A DNA stretch of 64,000 nt, taken from Pristiophorus japonicus. Lineage: Eukaryota. Both the position numbers and the translations under genes were made by a program. Shown here in pieces: positions 49,341 through 62,703 of the stretch (positions are counted from its first letter, which is position 1; each line of letters begins with the position of its first letter). Below the pieces are notes generated by a model. It was not told where the DNA came from. It did not search any database and saw only the letters and a program-made list of their open reading frames with translations. The DNA is taken from NCBI RefSeq assembly GCF_044704955.1, contig NC_091988.1:53940001-54004000 (forward strand). The letters run 5' to 3'.

Positions 49341-49689
49341 GTCATCACAGTGGGCAAACAGCACAATGCATAAAGGCCTCTCCGTGGCGATCTGTACTGG
49401 TTTTTGGATGTGCGCTGCAGGCAGTTCAATTGGGTATATAATCAGGTTAATTTGTGAATAACTAATGTTTGCTGATTTTGTGTAGTGAATTTTTCTGCTG
49501 CTTTCTCCTTTTGTGGGAAGAACTTCCTGATATCAGTCCTAAATTTGCTGATTTTAAACCTGTGCCCTCTTGTCCTTGGGATCCCTTGGGACATTTTTCT
49601 ATGTTAAAAGCACTATATAAATGTAAGTTGTCCTAGTCTCATGGTTTAGTTTGAAGTAATTTTCTGAATCTGAATTCTATAAACTAAAG

Positions 49690-50428
49690 GGTACAAGTTT
49701 AAAGGGGGTGCATGCACACACAGACCTGGGGGTATATGTGCACAATTTGTTGAAGGTGGCAGGGCAGGTTGAGAAAGTGGTTAAAAAAGCAAACGGGATC
49801 TTGGGCTTCATAAATAGAGGCATAAGAGTATAAAAGCAAGGAAGTTATGATGAACCTTTATAAAATACTGGTTTGACCTCAACTGGAGTACTGTGTCCAA
49901 TTCTGGTCACCACACTTTAGGAAGAATGTGAAGGCCTTGGAGAGGGTGCAGAAAAGATTTACAAGATTCAGTGATTAGGGACTTCAGTCACGTGGATAGA
50001 CTGGAGAAGCTGTGGTTTTTCTCCTTGGAACAGAGAAGATTGAGAGGAGATTTGATAGAGGTGTTCAAAATCAATGACTGTTCTAGACAGAACAGATAGA
50101 GAAACTGTTCCCATTGGTGGAAGGGTCGAGAACCAGAGGACACAGATTTAAGGCGATTGGCAGGAGAACCAAAGGCAACACGAGGAAATACTTATTTACG
50201 CAGCGAATGGTTAGGATCTGGAATTTACTGACTGGAAGGGTGGTGGAGACAGATTCAATCGTGGCTTTCAAAAGGGAATTGGATAAGTACCTGAAGGAAA
50301 AAGATTTGCAGGGCTACGGGGAAAGGGCGGGGGAGTGGGACTAGCTGAAATGCTCTTGCAGAGAGCTGGCACGGGCTCGACGGGCCGAATGGCCACCTCC
50401 TGTGCTGTAACCATTCTATGATTCTATG
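49690..50428 (+). mobile_element. CR1 LINE 3' fragment
   Basis: [10 protein letters not shown]-coding segment; RTRGH; ATTCTATG-repeat tail. Confidence 0.9.
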
Positions 50429-50519
50429 AATCAGCACATAATGATTGTTGATTTGAAGGGCTGTGCGAATCTTTATTTCTATCTGACCAGAAAATAGGAA
50501 TACAGCAAAAACAGCCTTT

Positions 50520-50975
50520 GTCATCTCTACACCCTACTACAGGTATTCCACTGCTTTTCTGGCTGGCCTCCTATTCTCTGCGCTCCGTAAATTCCAACTT
50601 GTTGAAAACTCTGCTAGCTGCATCCTGCTCACCAATCACTCCTGTCCTTATCTACATTGGCTCCTGCTCCCCCAACGCCTCCAATTGAAAATTCTCATCC
50701 TTGTATTTTAAATCCCTTCATGTCTTCCAGTCTTGCAACCCCCAGCCAGAACTCTCTGTTTCTCAGAGTTTGGCATAGTATATCGCCTCCTTTCTGCTCC
50801 TCATGTCTTTAAACGTGTCTGCCTCGCCACCTCCTTTAAGACCTTCCTTGGAACCCACTGCTCTGACTGAGCCCCATCTCCTCCTTTTGGGTCAGTGTCC
50901 GTATTTCTGATTACACCTCTGTGCAGCACCTTTGGATTTGTCTACATTAAGGGTGCTATAGAAACGGTAGTAGTA
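50520..50975 (+). mobile_element. Old L2 3' end
   Basis: TACATTGGCTCC..AAAATTCTCATCCTTGT; degenerate tail. Confidence 0.65.
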
Positions 50976-51554
50976 GCAGCTTTAGAAGTTGTGGGACCTG
51001 CATGAAACCCTATGCAATGGCAACTGGGATTCCATTTGTGCAAAAGTGCACACTGCATATTACAACACTTCTCGTTGGTACGGATGGCACTCCAAAGTCA
51101 CAGCAGAGTGCTGGAGAGGCTGACATTCAAGACTTCACCAATCATCCGATGAAGCAAGATCCAGCATACTACCACCGGGGCCTCTTCCTGATGACCCTGC
51201 CAGACCTCAACATGGGCAGCTCCTAATTATATCTCATTGCCTTTCTCCTGGACTGGCAGCAGAAAGACCCCAACACAAAGTCACTGTGAATTGAGACACT
51301 GTGGAAGTGTACCGCTATTCCCTCAGTGTGAATGTTCTTTACAATTCCCACAGCAGCCACCTTATGGCTCATCTGAGTGGGACTGCAAATAGTGCTGACT
51401 TGTGGGCAGTTGAAAGTTTTTGGTTCTCCAGCAGAAATCGGATTGTGCCTGGCCACACATTTCCCACAAACCTCAAACGAGAGCTGCATTATTTTTGCTG
51501 GTGTTGCTTGAGGGATAACTGTGGTTCTGGCCACTGGGAGAGCTCGCCTGTGCT

Positions 51555-51757
51555 TACCCCAAAGGGCTGTGGATGCTGAGTCATTGAGTATATTGAAGGC
51601 TGAGATAGATAGACTTTTGGACGCTAGGGCAATTGAAAGATAGGGAGATTGGGTGGGAAAGTGGAGTTGAGGTCAAAGATCAGCCATGATCTTACTGAAT
51701 GATGGAGCAGACTCGAGGGGCCATAATGGCCTACTCCTGCTCCTAATTCTTATGTTC
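51555..51757 (+). mobile_element. CR1 3' end
   Basis: GGCCTACTCCTGCTCCTAATTCTTATGTT tail. Confidence 0.85.
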
Positions 51758-53067
51758 TTTGAATAGTGCTAAAGGATCTTTTATGTCCACCTAAAATGGC
51801 ACACGGGGCAAAATTCAGGGTGCCAGGGCAGAGATGATTCAGGTGTGGACCGAGACTATTGAATGTGTAAGATACCATTGCGTAGCACTCAAACGCCTTC
51901 CTGGCAGAATCCGAATAGTTTGCAGTCAGGTCGGTGCCATCTGACTGATACCCGCACCAGAGATTCACAAACCAGAGATGCAAATAACCCATTGGCATTT
52001 AGATAAAAACATTTCATCTTTCCAACTGTGATCCATGTCCTATTTTGGTGGGGAGACTGGTGCAGCCCAGCAACATAGAGATGCCATTGCTGGCTTCCTG
52101 TAGCCAGAAGAAAATGGCAGTGGAGGAGGTGGTCATTAATGTTCGGCTGTCACTGATACTTTTCTTCCAGCAAGAAAGCACTTCCTGCGGTCGGTCTATG
52201 TGCCACTGGAGCGGTTTGAGTAAAGCTGCTGTTGTATTGCGTTTGGTGCTGTGCCAGTGCTGCCAGCACCTGATGCATACACCAAAGCAAAGTTTTTGTC
52301 AGGAAGATCCGGTTAAAGAAAATGGGCCTTCACGACTACCGACCCAGGGGGAAATATGGCAAGTTGAGGTTGGTCCTGCTGCTGGATGTGAGAGACCTGT
52401 GCATTGCGTGCTGAAAGCATTAAACATAATATTAAAAACAACTTTCTGTTACAGCACATTGCAAGGATTGGTGTTTCTGTAAAATGAATATGTAGAGGTT
52501 AGAATCTGTTCTAAACAGACAATAAGAACAGGAAATGGTATCCGTGGCCTCTGTGATTGGCCCACACTAAGTATGAATCTGATTAATTAACCTTGTTTTG
52601 AGAAATGAGCTCAAAGAGCTGGACAAAAGAGATGGATATGAAAAAGGGAGCTGACCTCATTTTTGAAACCTTGCACAAAAATTACTGAGAGGTTTTTTCT
52701 GTCGGGATTTGGTACTTAAGGGAGGGACTGGCTTAAGGTAAGAAGCGTGTGCCTTTTGGAGAATGCACATGTGAAGCATTCCCATGTACTTTTCACAATC
52801 GTACTAAATCTATCTCTCTCCGCTTCTTGCTGCTATTTCTGAGAAGGGGTTGTGGGAGTCCCCTCCGGTTAGGAGGGGGTTTGCTGTATGAGTGGCATTC
52901 GGCCCTCTGAGCTCACTGGAAATAGCCTATCCATTTGCAGATCTTGTCTATCGGTGCACACCAAGTAGTTAGCGGGTTGGAAGATTGTGCTGAGAGTATG
53001 AAGAAGAAAAAAGGACTTTGCATTTCTGATCAGGTCACTCAAACATCCCAAAATATGTCCGAGTCAA

Positions 53068-56000
53068 TCTCGCGCGCGCTCTCGCTCTCTATTGCGCGCG
53101 CTCTCACTCTCTCTCACTCTCTATCGCGCGCGCTCTCACTCTCTCTCACTCTCTATCNNNNNNNNNNNNNNNNNNNNNNNNNNNNNNNNNNNNNNNNNNN
53201 NNNNNNNNNNNNNNNNNNNNNNNNNNNNNNNNNNNNNNNNNNNNNNNNNNNNNNNNNNNNNNNNNNNNNNNNNNNNNNNNNNNNNNNNNNNNNNNNNNNT
53301 CACTCTCTATCGCGCGCGCTCTCACTCTCTATCGCGCGCGCTCTCACTCTCTCTCACTCTCTATCGCGCGCGCTCTCACTCTCTCTCACTCTCTATCGCG
53401 CGCGCTCTCACTCTCTCTCACTCTCTATCGCGCGCGCTCTCACTCTCTCTCACTCTCTATCGCGCGCGCTCTCACTCTCTCTCACTCTCTATCGCGCGCG
53501 CTCTCACTCTCTCACTCTCTATCGCGCGCGCTCTCACTCTCACTCACTATCGCGCGCGCTCTCTCTCTCTCTCTCTCTCTATCGCGCGCGCTCTCACTCT
53601 CTATCGCGCGCGCTCTCACTCTCTATCGCGCGCGCTCTCACTCTCTATCGCGCGCGCTCTCACTCTATCGCGCGCGCTCTCACTCTCTCTCTCACTCTAT
53701 CGCGCGCGCTCTCACTCTCTCTCACTCTCTATCGCGCGCGCTCTCACTCTCTCTCACTCTCTATCGCGCGCGCTCTCACTCTCTCTCACTCTCTATCGCG
53801 CGCGCTCTCACTCTCTCTCACTCTCTATCGCGCGCGCTCTCACTCTCTCTCACTCTCTATCGCGCGCGCTCTCACTCTCTCTCACTCTCTATCGCGCGCG
53901 CTCTCACTCTCTCTCACTCTCTATCGCGCGCGCTCTCACTCTCTCTCACTCTCTATCGCGCGCGCTCTCACTCTCTCTCACTCTATCGCGCGCGCTCTCA
54001 CTCTCTCTCACTCTCTATCGCGCGCGCTCTCACTCTCTCACTCTCTATCGCGCGCGCTCTCACTCTCTCTCTCTCTCTATCGCGCGCGCTCTCACTCTCT
54101 CTCTCTCTCTATCGCGCGCGCTCTCACTCTCTATCGCGCGCGCTCTCACTCTCTATCGCGCGCGCTCTCACTCTCTATCGCGCGCGCTCTCACTCTCTCT
54201 CACTCTCTATCGCGCGCGCTCTCACTCTCTCTCACTCTCTATCGCGCGCGCTCTCACTCTCTCTCACTCTCTATCGCGCGCGCTCTCACTCTCTCTCACT
54301 CTCTATCGCGCGCGCTCTCACTCTCTCTCACTCTCTATCGCGCGCGCTCTCACTCTCTCTCACTCTCTATCGCGCGCGCTCTCACTCTCTCTCACTCTCT
54401 ATCGCGCGCGCTCTCACTCTCTCTCACTCTCTATCGCGCGCGCTCTCACTCTCTCTCACTCTCTATCGCGCGCGCTCTCACTCTCTATCGCGCGCGCTCT
54501 CACTCTCTATCGCGCGCGCTCTCACTCTCTCTCACTCTCTATCGCGCGCGCTCTCACTCTCTCTCACTCTCTATCGCGCGCGCTCTCACTCTCTCTCACT
54601 CTCTATCGCGCGCGCTCTCACTCTCTCTCTCTCTCTATCGCGCGCGCTCTCACTCTCTATCGCGCGCGCTCTCACTCTCTATCGCGCGCGCTCTCACTCT
54701 CTCTCTCTCTCTATCGCGCGCGCTCTCACTCTCTCTCACTCTCTATCGCGCGCGCTCTCACTCTCTCTCACTCTCTATCGCGCGCGCTCTCACTCTCTAT
54801 CGCGCGCGCTCTCACTCTCTATCGCGCGCGCTCTCACTCTCTCTCACTCTCTATCGCGCGCGCTCTCACTCTCTCTCACTCTCTATCGCGCGCGCTCTCA
54901 CTCTCTCTCACTCTCTATCGCGCGCGCTCTCACTCTCTCTCTCTCTCTATCGCGCGCGCTCTCACTCTCTATCGCGCGCGCTCTCACTCTCTATCGCGCG
55001 CGCTCTCACTCTCTCTCTCTCTCTATCGCGCGCGCTCTCACTCTCTATCGCGCGCGCTCTCACTCTCTCTCTCTCTCTATCGCGCGCGCTCTCACTCTCT
55101 ATCGCGCGCGCTCTCACTCTCTCTCACTCTCTATCGCGCGCGCTCTCACTCTCTCTCACTCTCTATCGCGCGCGCTCTCACTCTCTCTCACTCTCTATCG
55201 CGCGCGCTCTCACTCTCTCTCACTCTCTCTCACTCTCTCTCACTCTCTCTCACTCTCTATCGCGCGCGCTCTCACTCTCTATCGCGCGCGCTCTCACTCT
55301 CTCTCACTCTCTATCGCGCGCGCTCTCACTCTCTCTCACTCTCTATCGCGCGCGCTCTCACTCTCTCTCACTCTCTATCGCGCGCGCTCTCACTCTCTCT
55401 CACTCTCTATCGCGCGCGCTCTCACTCTCTCTCACTCTCTATCGCGCGCGCTCTCACTCTCTCTCACTCTCTATCGCGCGCGCTCTCACTCTCTATCGCG
55501 CGCGCTCTCACTCTCTATCGCGCGCGCTCTCACTCTCTCTCACTCTCTATCGCGCGCGCTCTCACTCTCTCTCACTCTCTATCGCGCGCGCTCTCACTCT
55601 CTCTCTCTCTCTATCGCGCGCGCTCTCACTCTCTATCGCGCGCGCTCTCACTCTCTATCGCGCGCGCTCTCACTCTCTCTCTCTCTCTATCGCGCGCGCT
55701 CTCACTCTCTATCGCGCGCGCTCTCACTCTCTCTCTCTCTCTATCGCGCGCGCTCTCACTCTCTATCGCGCGCGCTCTCACTCTCTCTCACTCTCTATCG
55801 CGCGCGCTCTCACTCTCTCTCACTCTCTATCGCGCGCGCTCTCACTCTCTCTCACTCTCTATCGCGCGCGCTCTCACTCTCTCTCACTCTCTATCGCGCG
55901 CGCTCTCACTCTCTCTCACTCTCTATCGCGCGCGCTCTCACTCTCTATTGCGCGCGCTCTCACTCTCTCTCACTCTCTATCGCGCGCGCTCTCACTCTCT

Positions 56001-58250
56001 ATCGCGCACGCTCTCACTCTCTCTCACTCTCTATTGCGCGCGCTCTCACTCTCTCTCACTCTCTATTGCGCGCGCTCTCACTCTCTATTGCGCGCGCTCT
56101 CACTCTCTATCGCGCGCGCTCTCACTCTCTCTCACTATCGCACGCGCTCTCACTCTCTATCGCGCGCACTCTCACTCTCTCTCACTCTCTCTCACTCTCT
56201 ATCGCGCGCGCTCTCACTCTCTCACTCTCTATCGCGCGCGCTCTCACACTCTCTCACTAGCGCGCGCGCTCTCACTCTCTCTCACTCTCTATCGCGCGCG
56301 CTCTCACTCTCTCTCACTCTCTATCGCGCGCGCTCTCACTCTCTCTCACTCTCTATCGCGCGCGCTCTCACTCTCTCTCTCTCTCTATCGCGCGCGCTCT
56401 CACTCTCTATCGCGCGCGCTCTCACTCTCTATCGCGCGCGCTCTCACTCTCTCTCTCTCTATCGCGCGCGCTCTCACTCTCTCTCACTCTCTATCGCGCG
56501 CGCTCTCACTCTCTCTCACTCTCTATCGCGCGCGCTCTCACTCTCTATCGCGCGCGCTCTCACTCTCTATCGCGCGCGCTCTCACTCTCTCTCACTCTCT
56601 ATCGCGCGCGCTCTCACTCTCTCTCACTCTCTATCGCGCGCGCTCTCACTCTCTCTCACTCTCTATCGCGCGCGCTCTCACTCTCTCTCTCTCTCTATCG
56701 CGCGCGCTCTCACTCTCTATCGCGCGCGCTCTCACTCTCTATCGCGCGCGCTCTCACTCTCTCTCTCTCTCTATCGCGCGCGCTCTCACTCTCTATCGCG
56801 CGCGCTCTCACTCTCTCTCACTCTCTATCGCGCGCGCTCTCACTCTCTCTCACTCTCTATCGCGCGCGCTCTCACTCTCTCTCACTCTCTATCGCGCGCG
56901 CTCTCACTCTCTCTCACTCTCTCTCACTCTCTCTCACTCTCTCTCACTCTCTATCGCGCGCGCTCTCACTCTCTATCGCGCGCGCTCTCACTCTCTCTCA
57001 CTCTCTATCGCGCGCGCTCTCACTCTCTCTCACTCTCTATCGCGCGCGCTCTCACTCTCTCTCACTCTCTATCGCGCGCGCTCTCACTCTCTCTCACTCT
57101 CTATCGCGCGCGCTCTCACTCTCTCTCACTCTCTATCGCGCGCGCTCTCACTCTCTCTCACTCTCTATCGCGCGCGCTCTCACTCTCTATCGCGCGCGCT
57201 CTCACTCTCTATCGCGCGCGCTCTCACTCTCTCTCACTCTCTATCGCGCGCGCTCTCACTCTCTCTCACTCTCTATCGCGCGCGCTCTCACTCTCTCTCT
57301 CTCTCTATCGCGCGCGCTCTCACTCTCTATCGCGCGCGCTCTCACTCTCTATCGCGCGCGCTCTCACTCTCTCTCTCTCTCTATCGCGCGCGCTCTCACT
57401 CTCTATCGCGCGCGCTCTCACTCTCTCTCTCTCTCTATCGCGCGCGCTCTCACTCTCTATCGCGCGCGCTCTCACTCTCTCTCACTCTCTATCGCGCGCG
57501 CTCTCACTCTCTCTCACTCTCTATCGCGCGCGCTCTCACTCTCTCTCACTCTCTATCGCGCGCGCTCTCACTCTCTCTCACTCTCTATCGCGCGCGCTCT
57601 CACTCTCTCTCACTCTCTATCGCGCGCGCTCTCACTCTCTATTGCGCGCGCTCTCACTCTCTCTCACTCTCTATCGCGCGCGCTCTCACTCTCTATCGCG
57701 CACGCTCTCACTCTCTCTCACTCTCTATTGCGCGCGCTCTCACTCTCTCTCACTCTCTATTGCGCGCGCTCTCACTCTCTATTGCGCGCGCTCTCACTCT
57801 CTATCGCGCGCGCTCTCACTCTCTCTCACTATCGCACGCGCTCTCACTCTCTATCGCGCGCACTCTCACTCTCTCTCACTCTCTCTCACTCTCTATCGCG
57901 CGCGCTCTCACTCTCTCACTCTCTATCGCGCGCGCTCTCACACTCTCTCACTATCGCGCGCGCTCTCACTCTCTCTCACTCACTATCGCGCGCGCTCTCT
58001 CTCTCTCTCTCTCTCTATCGCGCGCGCTCTCACTCTCTATCGCGCGCGCTCTCACTCTCGCTCTCTATCGCGCGCGCTCTCACTCTCACTCTCACTCTCT
58101 ATCGCGCGCGCTCTCACTCTCGCTCTCACTCTCTATCGCGCGCGCTCTCACTCTCTCTCACTCTCTATCGCGCGCGCTCTCACTCTCTCTCACTCTCACT
58201 CTTTATTGCGCGCGCTGTCGCCCTCTGTCGCGCGCTCGCTCTCTCGCACG
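53068..58250. repeat. Compound CT/CG satellite, mainly 22- and 32-bp units
   Basis: Unit ATCGCGCGCG-(CTCTCACTCT)x1-2-CT repeated over about 5.2 kb; followed by (CCCACA)n at 58251-58279. Confidence 0.98.
53158..53299. other. Assembly gap (142 N)
   Basis: Run of N inside the satellite. Confidence 0.99.
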
Positions 58251-58749
58251 CACCCACACCCACACCCACACCCACACCCTAAATGCCATTGCCATTTGGT
58301 GTCCAAGGCTATTTCACAAGAGAAAATGTCACCTTAGCAATGCTTAATGACTGAAGGCAACTGATGCAACAAACTCGAGGGCAAAGATGTCGGCACATTT
58401 AGTACCATGTTCCTCCATGCTCTGTCTCTCTCTCTCTCTCTCTCTCTTGGCTACAAAATTTTAAAAAAAGAAATGAAGATTAGATCCCCTGAAGCATCCT
58501 TTTTTTTTAATTGAAACTTTTTAAAAACAAAACGAATGAAAACAATCAAGTCTGTTTTAAACCAAGTATCTAGAGTCCTGTTTGAGATTGCCCTCTCTCT
58601 TTAAATATGTTGCTGGGTCACTTTCAGCAGCTGGCTGGCCAAGAACGTGTTCATTGGAAAATAATTTCTGCTGCGTTGCGCGTTCATTTCCAAAGAATAA
58701 GATTTTATATCGGAGTTTCAGGGTTAATGGGGGTGGGGGAGGAGGGGAT

Positions 58750-58990
58750 GGGAGAATCAGCCAGGGTCCCTGATCCTGATTGCTATCCAGTTACTCCTGC
58801 TGTAAGTCGTGCCTGTGAGAATATCAGGTGAGGACACGATCAGGCACAGCTGTGATGCTTCCCAAGGTCAAACGTCTGCTGATACTGCCTGCCTTGGCTC
58901 ACACATGAAGCATGGCCACTTGGTGTACTGCACGAACTGGAAGCCTGCCCAGTGCCTATGCAACTACATCTCGTTATGAGTGAGGGCCTA
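58750..58990 (+). mobile_element. Old SINE-like repeat (family C)
   Basis: CAGCCAGGGTCCCTGATCCTGATTGCTATCCAG..GGTGAGGACACGATC; related to 29520-29750 (-) and about 47290-47417. Confidence 0.5.
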
Positions 58991-60882
58991 CAGAATCTTT
59001 AGAGCAGCCTCTTACTGGCACTGAGCCTGCCCAAAGTGTCCCAGAAATATTGTAATTTTTATCCGGAGGTCCTCAATTAAGGCTTGATAGCCTACTTGTA
59101 GTTTGTTGGGCTTTAAAAGCATATAAGTAAAGGCCCCATGTTTAGCCAGGCTCAATCCTGTTTCTACTGGAGAAGTACCAGAAGCACTCGATTGCCCATT
59201 AAGTCAGCGTTATTTGCAGTCTCTCTCACAGAAGCCACAGGATGGCAGCTGTGCGAATTGGAAAGAAACATTCACTCTGAGGGGATGTGCTTCTGAGGTT
59301 GCCACTGAGATTCAAGGGGTGATTTTAACCCTGCCCGCCCAGCGGAAACCAGGTGTGGGGGCGCAGTTAAAATTGCCTGAAGCCTTGCCCGCTAATGCCC
59401 CACTGCCTTCCTGCAGTCTTCCATTTCAACCTGCTTTTCTGAGCAGGCGGGAACTGGCCAATGCTTGAAGTATGCAGATCAGGTGTCAATGACGTCACCA
59501 GGTCCGACTCCAAGTTAAACAGTGGCCTGAGCGGGGAAGCCGTTGTGGCGTTCCTGCCAGGTGAAGCTAGTGAGTAGAGGAGTCGGGGCCAGAAGAGACG
59601 CAAAAAGCTACATTTGTACACTTTCTCCCCCCCCCCCCCCCCCCCCTTACTTTCCTTCTGTGACCAGGAGCAGCAATAATATGCCTCTGGACCCCACAAG
59701 GAAAGTTTAGATTTCCTGGAGCCCGGCCCCACCCATAGCGAAACCTTCCCTTAACTCCCTCCCCACGACTTACCTTGGTGTCAGTACCGTTCCTTCAATC
59801 CCCTGGGGCGAATGGAGGCAGCTTTACTTTGCATCCCATTATGCTTTACTTTGTCTGGGAGTACCGAGTTCTGACCATTGGCTACCTGAAATACAAAATG
59901 TTCCATTGCACCTCAATAACATCTCTTGCCTTAATGAGTGCTGCATTTACACAAACATGCACAATTCGTCCAGTCACCAAAAGTTTGCCTCGACTGCCCC
60001 TGCAAGTATTCATGACCTGATGCACTGAGAGACATGGCACACTGTGAATGACCCTGCCTTTGTGACACAGACTGCCGCAGAAGTGGCAGTCGGGCTGTAG
60101 CTGGGTGAACAGTCTAAACCAATGGACTTGGCACCCAAAGACAGAGAACTATCTTTAGTTTCTGATGCAGTTGCTGACATGTTTGGGCATGATGTTTCCT
60201 CTTTCAAAAGCTCAGATGCCACCAGTAATGACAATCTTTTATCTCTACTACTGCTCTCTTTTTAAAAAAAAAAACATTTTAATGGCACCAATCACCTTGG
60301 TAACCACTTGAGCAGTTGCCACAACCTCCCTGGTTAGTGCAGCCATTAATAGGACTGCAAATGGTTTGAACTTGGTGGGTGGGGGGGGAGAATAAGATGG
60401 TGGTTTTCATGCACCATCAACGAGCCCATTCATCAATGAAATCTTTTCAGGAGAAAAATAAGTGTGTTTGCCAACAAATGGCTGATGGTGAGGTTTGATT
60501 GGATTACCACAATGCAGGTGTTGCACAAACACGGGATGTCAGATGACACATACCTGCTGCTACTGTTCAAGTCTGTATTATTCCTTTGTTTGAGGGACTC
60601 GAAAGTAAAACCTCAAGGCAAATGGTTTTGGAAAGAAGCTATTCTCTGTTAGCGAGCCAGCTCTTTACAGTCACTGACGGGTGGAGTAAGAGAGGAACAA
60701 AGCCAATTTATTAGGTTACATCGGGTTCATACAAATCAGGCCGGAAAAAAAATGGATCAAACAGTGAAATGTGAAGGTTTTGTAACTTTTGTCTGCGCTC
60801 ACCAGATCTTCAGCTGGTGGTTTGGGGAAAGCACACAAAGGGTTGAAATTCACTGGACTGTGCAGGCAGGGGGAGACATTCT

Positions 60883-61043
60883 ACAACAACTTGCATTTAT
60901 ATAGCGCTTTTACGTAGTAAAATGTCCCAAGATGCTGCACAGAAGCAAGGAGCGTTAAGAGTTTGACACCGAGCCACAAGATATTAGGGCAGGTAATCAA
61001 AAGTTTAGTCACAGAGGTAGGTTTTAAGAAGCATCTTAAAGGA
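60883..61043 (-). mobile_element. L2 3' tail
   Basis: ACAACAACTTGCATTTATATAGCGC start; same sequence as 44795-44945. Confidence 0.8.
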
Positions 61044-61482
61044 AAGAAAGACTTGGATTTATATAGCGCCTTTCACGACCACTGGACGTCTCAGTGCTTT
61101 ACAGCCAATGAAGTACCTTTTAGAGTGTAGTCACTGTAGGAAACGCAGCAGCCAACTTGCACACAGCAAGCTCCAACAAACAGCAATGTGATAATGATCA
61201 GATAATCTGTTTTTGTGATGTTGATTGAGGGATAAATATTGGACAGGACACTGGAGATAACTCCCCTGCTCTTCTTCGAAATAGTGACATGGGATCTTTT
61301 ATGTCCACCCGAGAGAGCAGGTTTAACGTCTCATCCAAAAGACAGCACCTCCGACAGTGCAGCACTCCCTCAGCACTGCACTGGAGTGTCAGCCTAGATT
61401 TATGTGCTCAAGTTCCTGGAGTGGGACTTGAACCCACAATCCTCTGACTTAGGGGCGAATGTGGTACCCACTGAGCCACAGC
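61044..61482 (-). mobile_element. SINE family A, full length, inserted in L2
   Basis: AAGAAAGACTTG..TACCCACTGAGCCACAGC is the reverse complement of the 27184 copy. Confidence 0.92.
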
Positions 61483-62637
61483 GGAGAGAGAGGTGGCTTT
61501 AGTAATGCTAATGTTTATATTGCCACTAGAGGTGCCTGCCAAACGATCTCTCAACACATCATCTCTTTTGGTGAGTTTTACAGCCTCCGAAAAGCAGCAT
61601 TTATATCACTACATTTCTTTTTATTCGTTTCTGGGATGTGCGGGTATTGCCCATCCCTAATTGCTCTCTAGAAGATGGTGAGCCACCATGAACCACAGAG
61701 GCCAGTTCTGTTGGAAATCGGACTTTCCTGTCAGTGGCGGCATTTGCCCCCTTTCAAGACTCCCATCAAATGCAGCGGTTTGGTGGGTCAGGAGGAAAGC
61801 TCATTCAGCCTATCCAGCAGGGCTGCAAGGTGAGTGGTGTAACACATTTTGCCAGCCAGTGCTCTGGCCCAACCTTAAATTGAAGCCTCGGTAACGCACA
61901 TGAACTTGTGCTTTAATCAGCTCCGGGCCCTGCATTCCAGCACAGACCCCGGCTGAGACTTCGCTGACCCTTGTACTTGGCTATTGTTTCATACTTTGAT
62001 CAGCTGTCTGCTCCCGATTCCACCACCAGTCCTGTGCACTCACACAGCGAGGCAACATTAGACGACACACTTTATATAGCTGCTTTTACATTGTTGCTAA
62101 GCTCCTTTCTGGTGGCTGGGAAGACCGCAAGCAGCAAATCCCAGCAGGTTAACTTTCGAGTTATAACCAGCTGTGCATCGGGAGTAGGTGCCACGGGCAC
62201 AGATCCGAGTACAATACGAGCACAGCTTTTTGGGAAGTGGAACTAGTGTGAAATGGCCACCTAGAGAAAGTGTTGCATCGCAAGGATTTAGTGCACTCAG
62301 TGGTCTTATGGATTAGTCAGTTTTACATTGCACTCAAAAAAAAAAACACTTTCATCAATGCAACCGACAAGTCTGGATTTTTTTTCGTAAAACTTATTGC
62401 ATAAGTTGAGAGAGACAACATTTTGAACCTGTTTTTTTTTTTCTATAAGCAGATTTTTGTTTTGCATGCCTTTTTACTTGTTTTCCTCGCCTGAAGCTTG
62501 TCCTTCGAACGAGTCCCATGTTACTTCTCTGTCAGCAATTTGTTGAGATTTTCTTTGATGAGACCTGCTTACTTTTGTGGTTTAGCAACCTGATTAGGCG
62601 ATGCTTTCCTTATTGTGTGGGATCAGGTTAGCCACAT

Positions 62638-62703
62638 TGTGAATGAGTGAGTCATTCACAGCTGTCGGCCTTTGACCCTGCTAATCGCCCGTAACCTAGC
62701 AAC
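62638..62703. promoter_or_regulatory. Candidate enhancer motif cluster
   Basis: AP-1 TGAGTCA within a 9-bp inverted repeat; E-box CAGCTG; RFX-like GTAACCTAGCAAC. Confidence 0.3.

Noticed and set aside
53068-58250. CRISPR-like regular repeat array
   Set aside because: No unique spacers, no cas genes, and a vertebrate context.
52935-58347. 1800-aa and 1751-aa ORFs
   Set aside because: Translations of a stop-poor tandem repeat spanning an N gap. All frames give the same S/L/R/A/H pattern, so there is no evidence of a real protein.
59315-59380. Short imperfect inverted repeat (GATTTTAAC..GTTAAAATT), with similar ones near 8540-8637 and 36350-36445
   Set aside because: Probably decayed MITE ends, but the TIR partner and TSD could not be defined.
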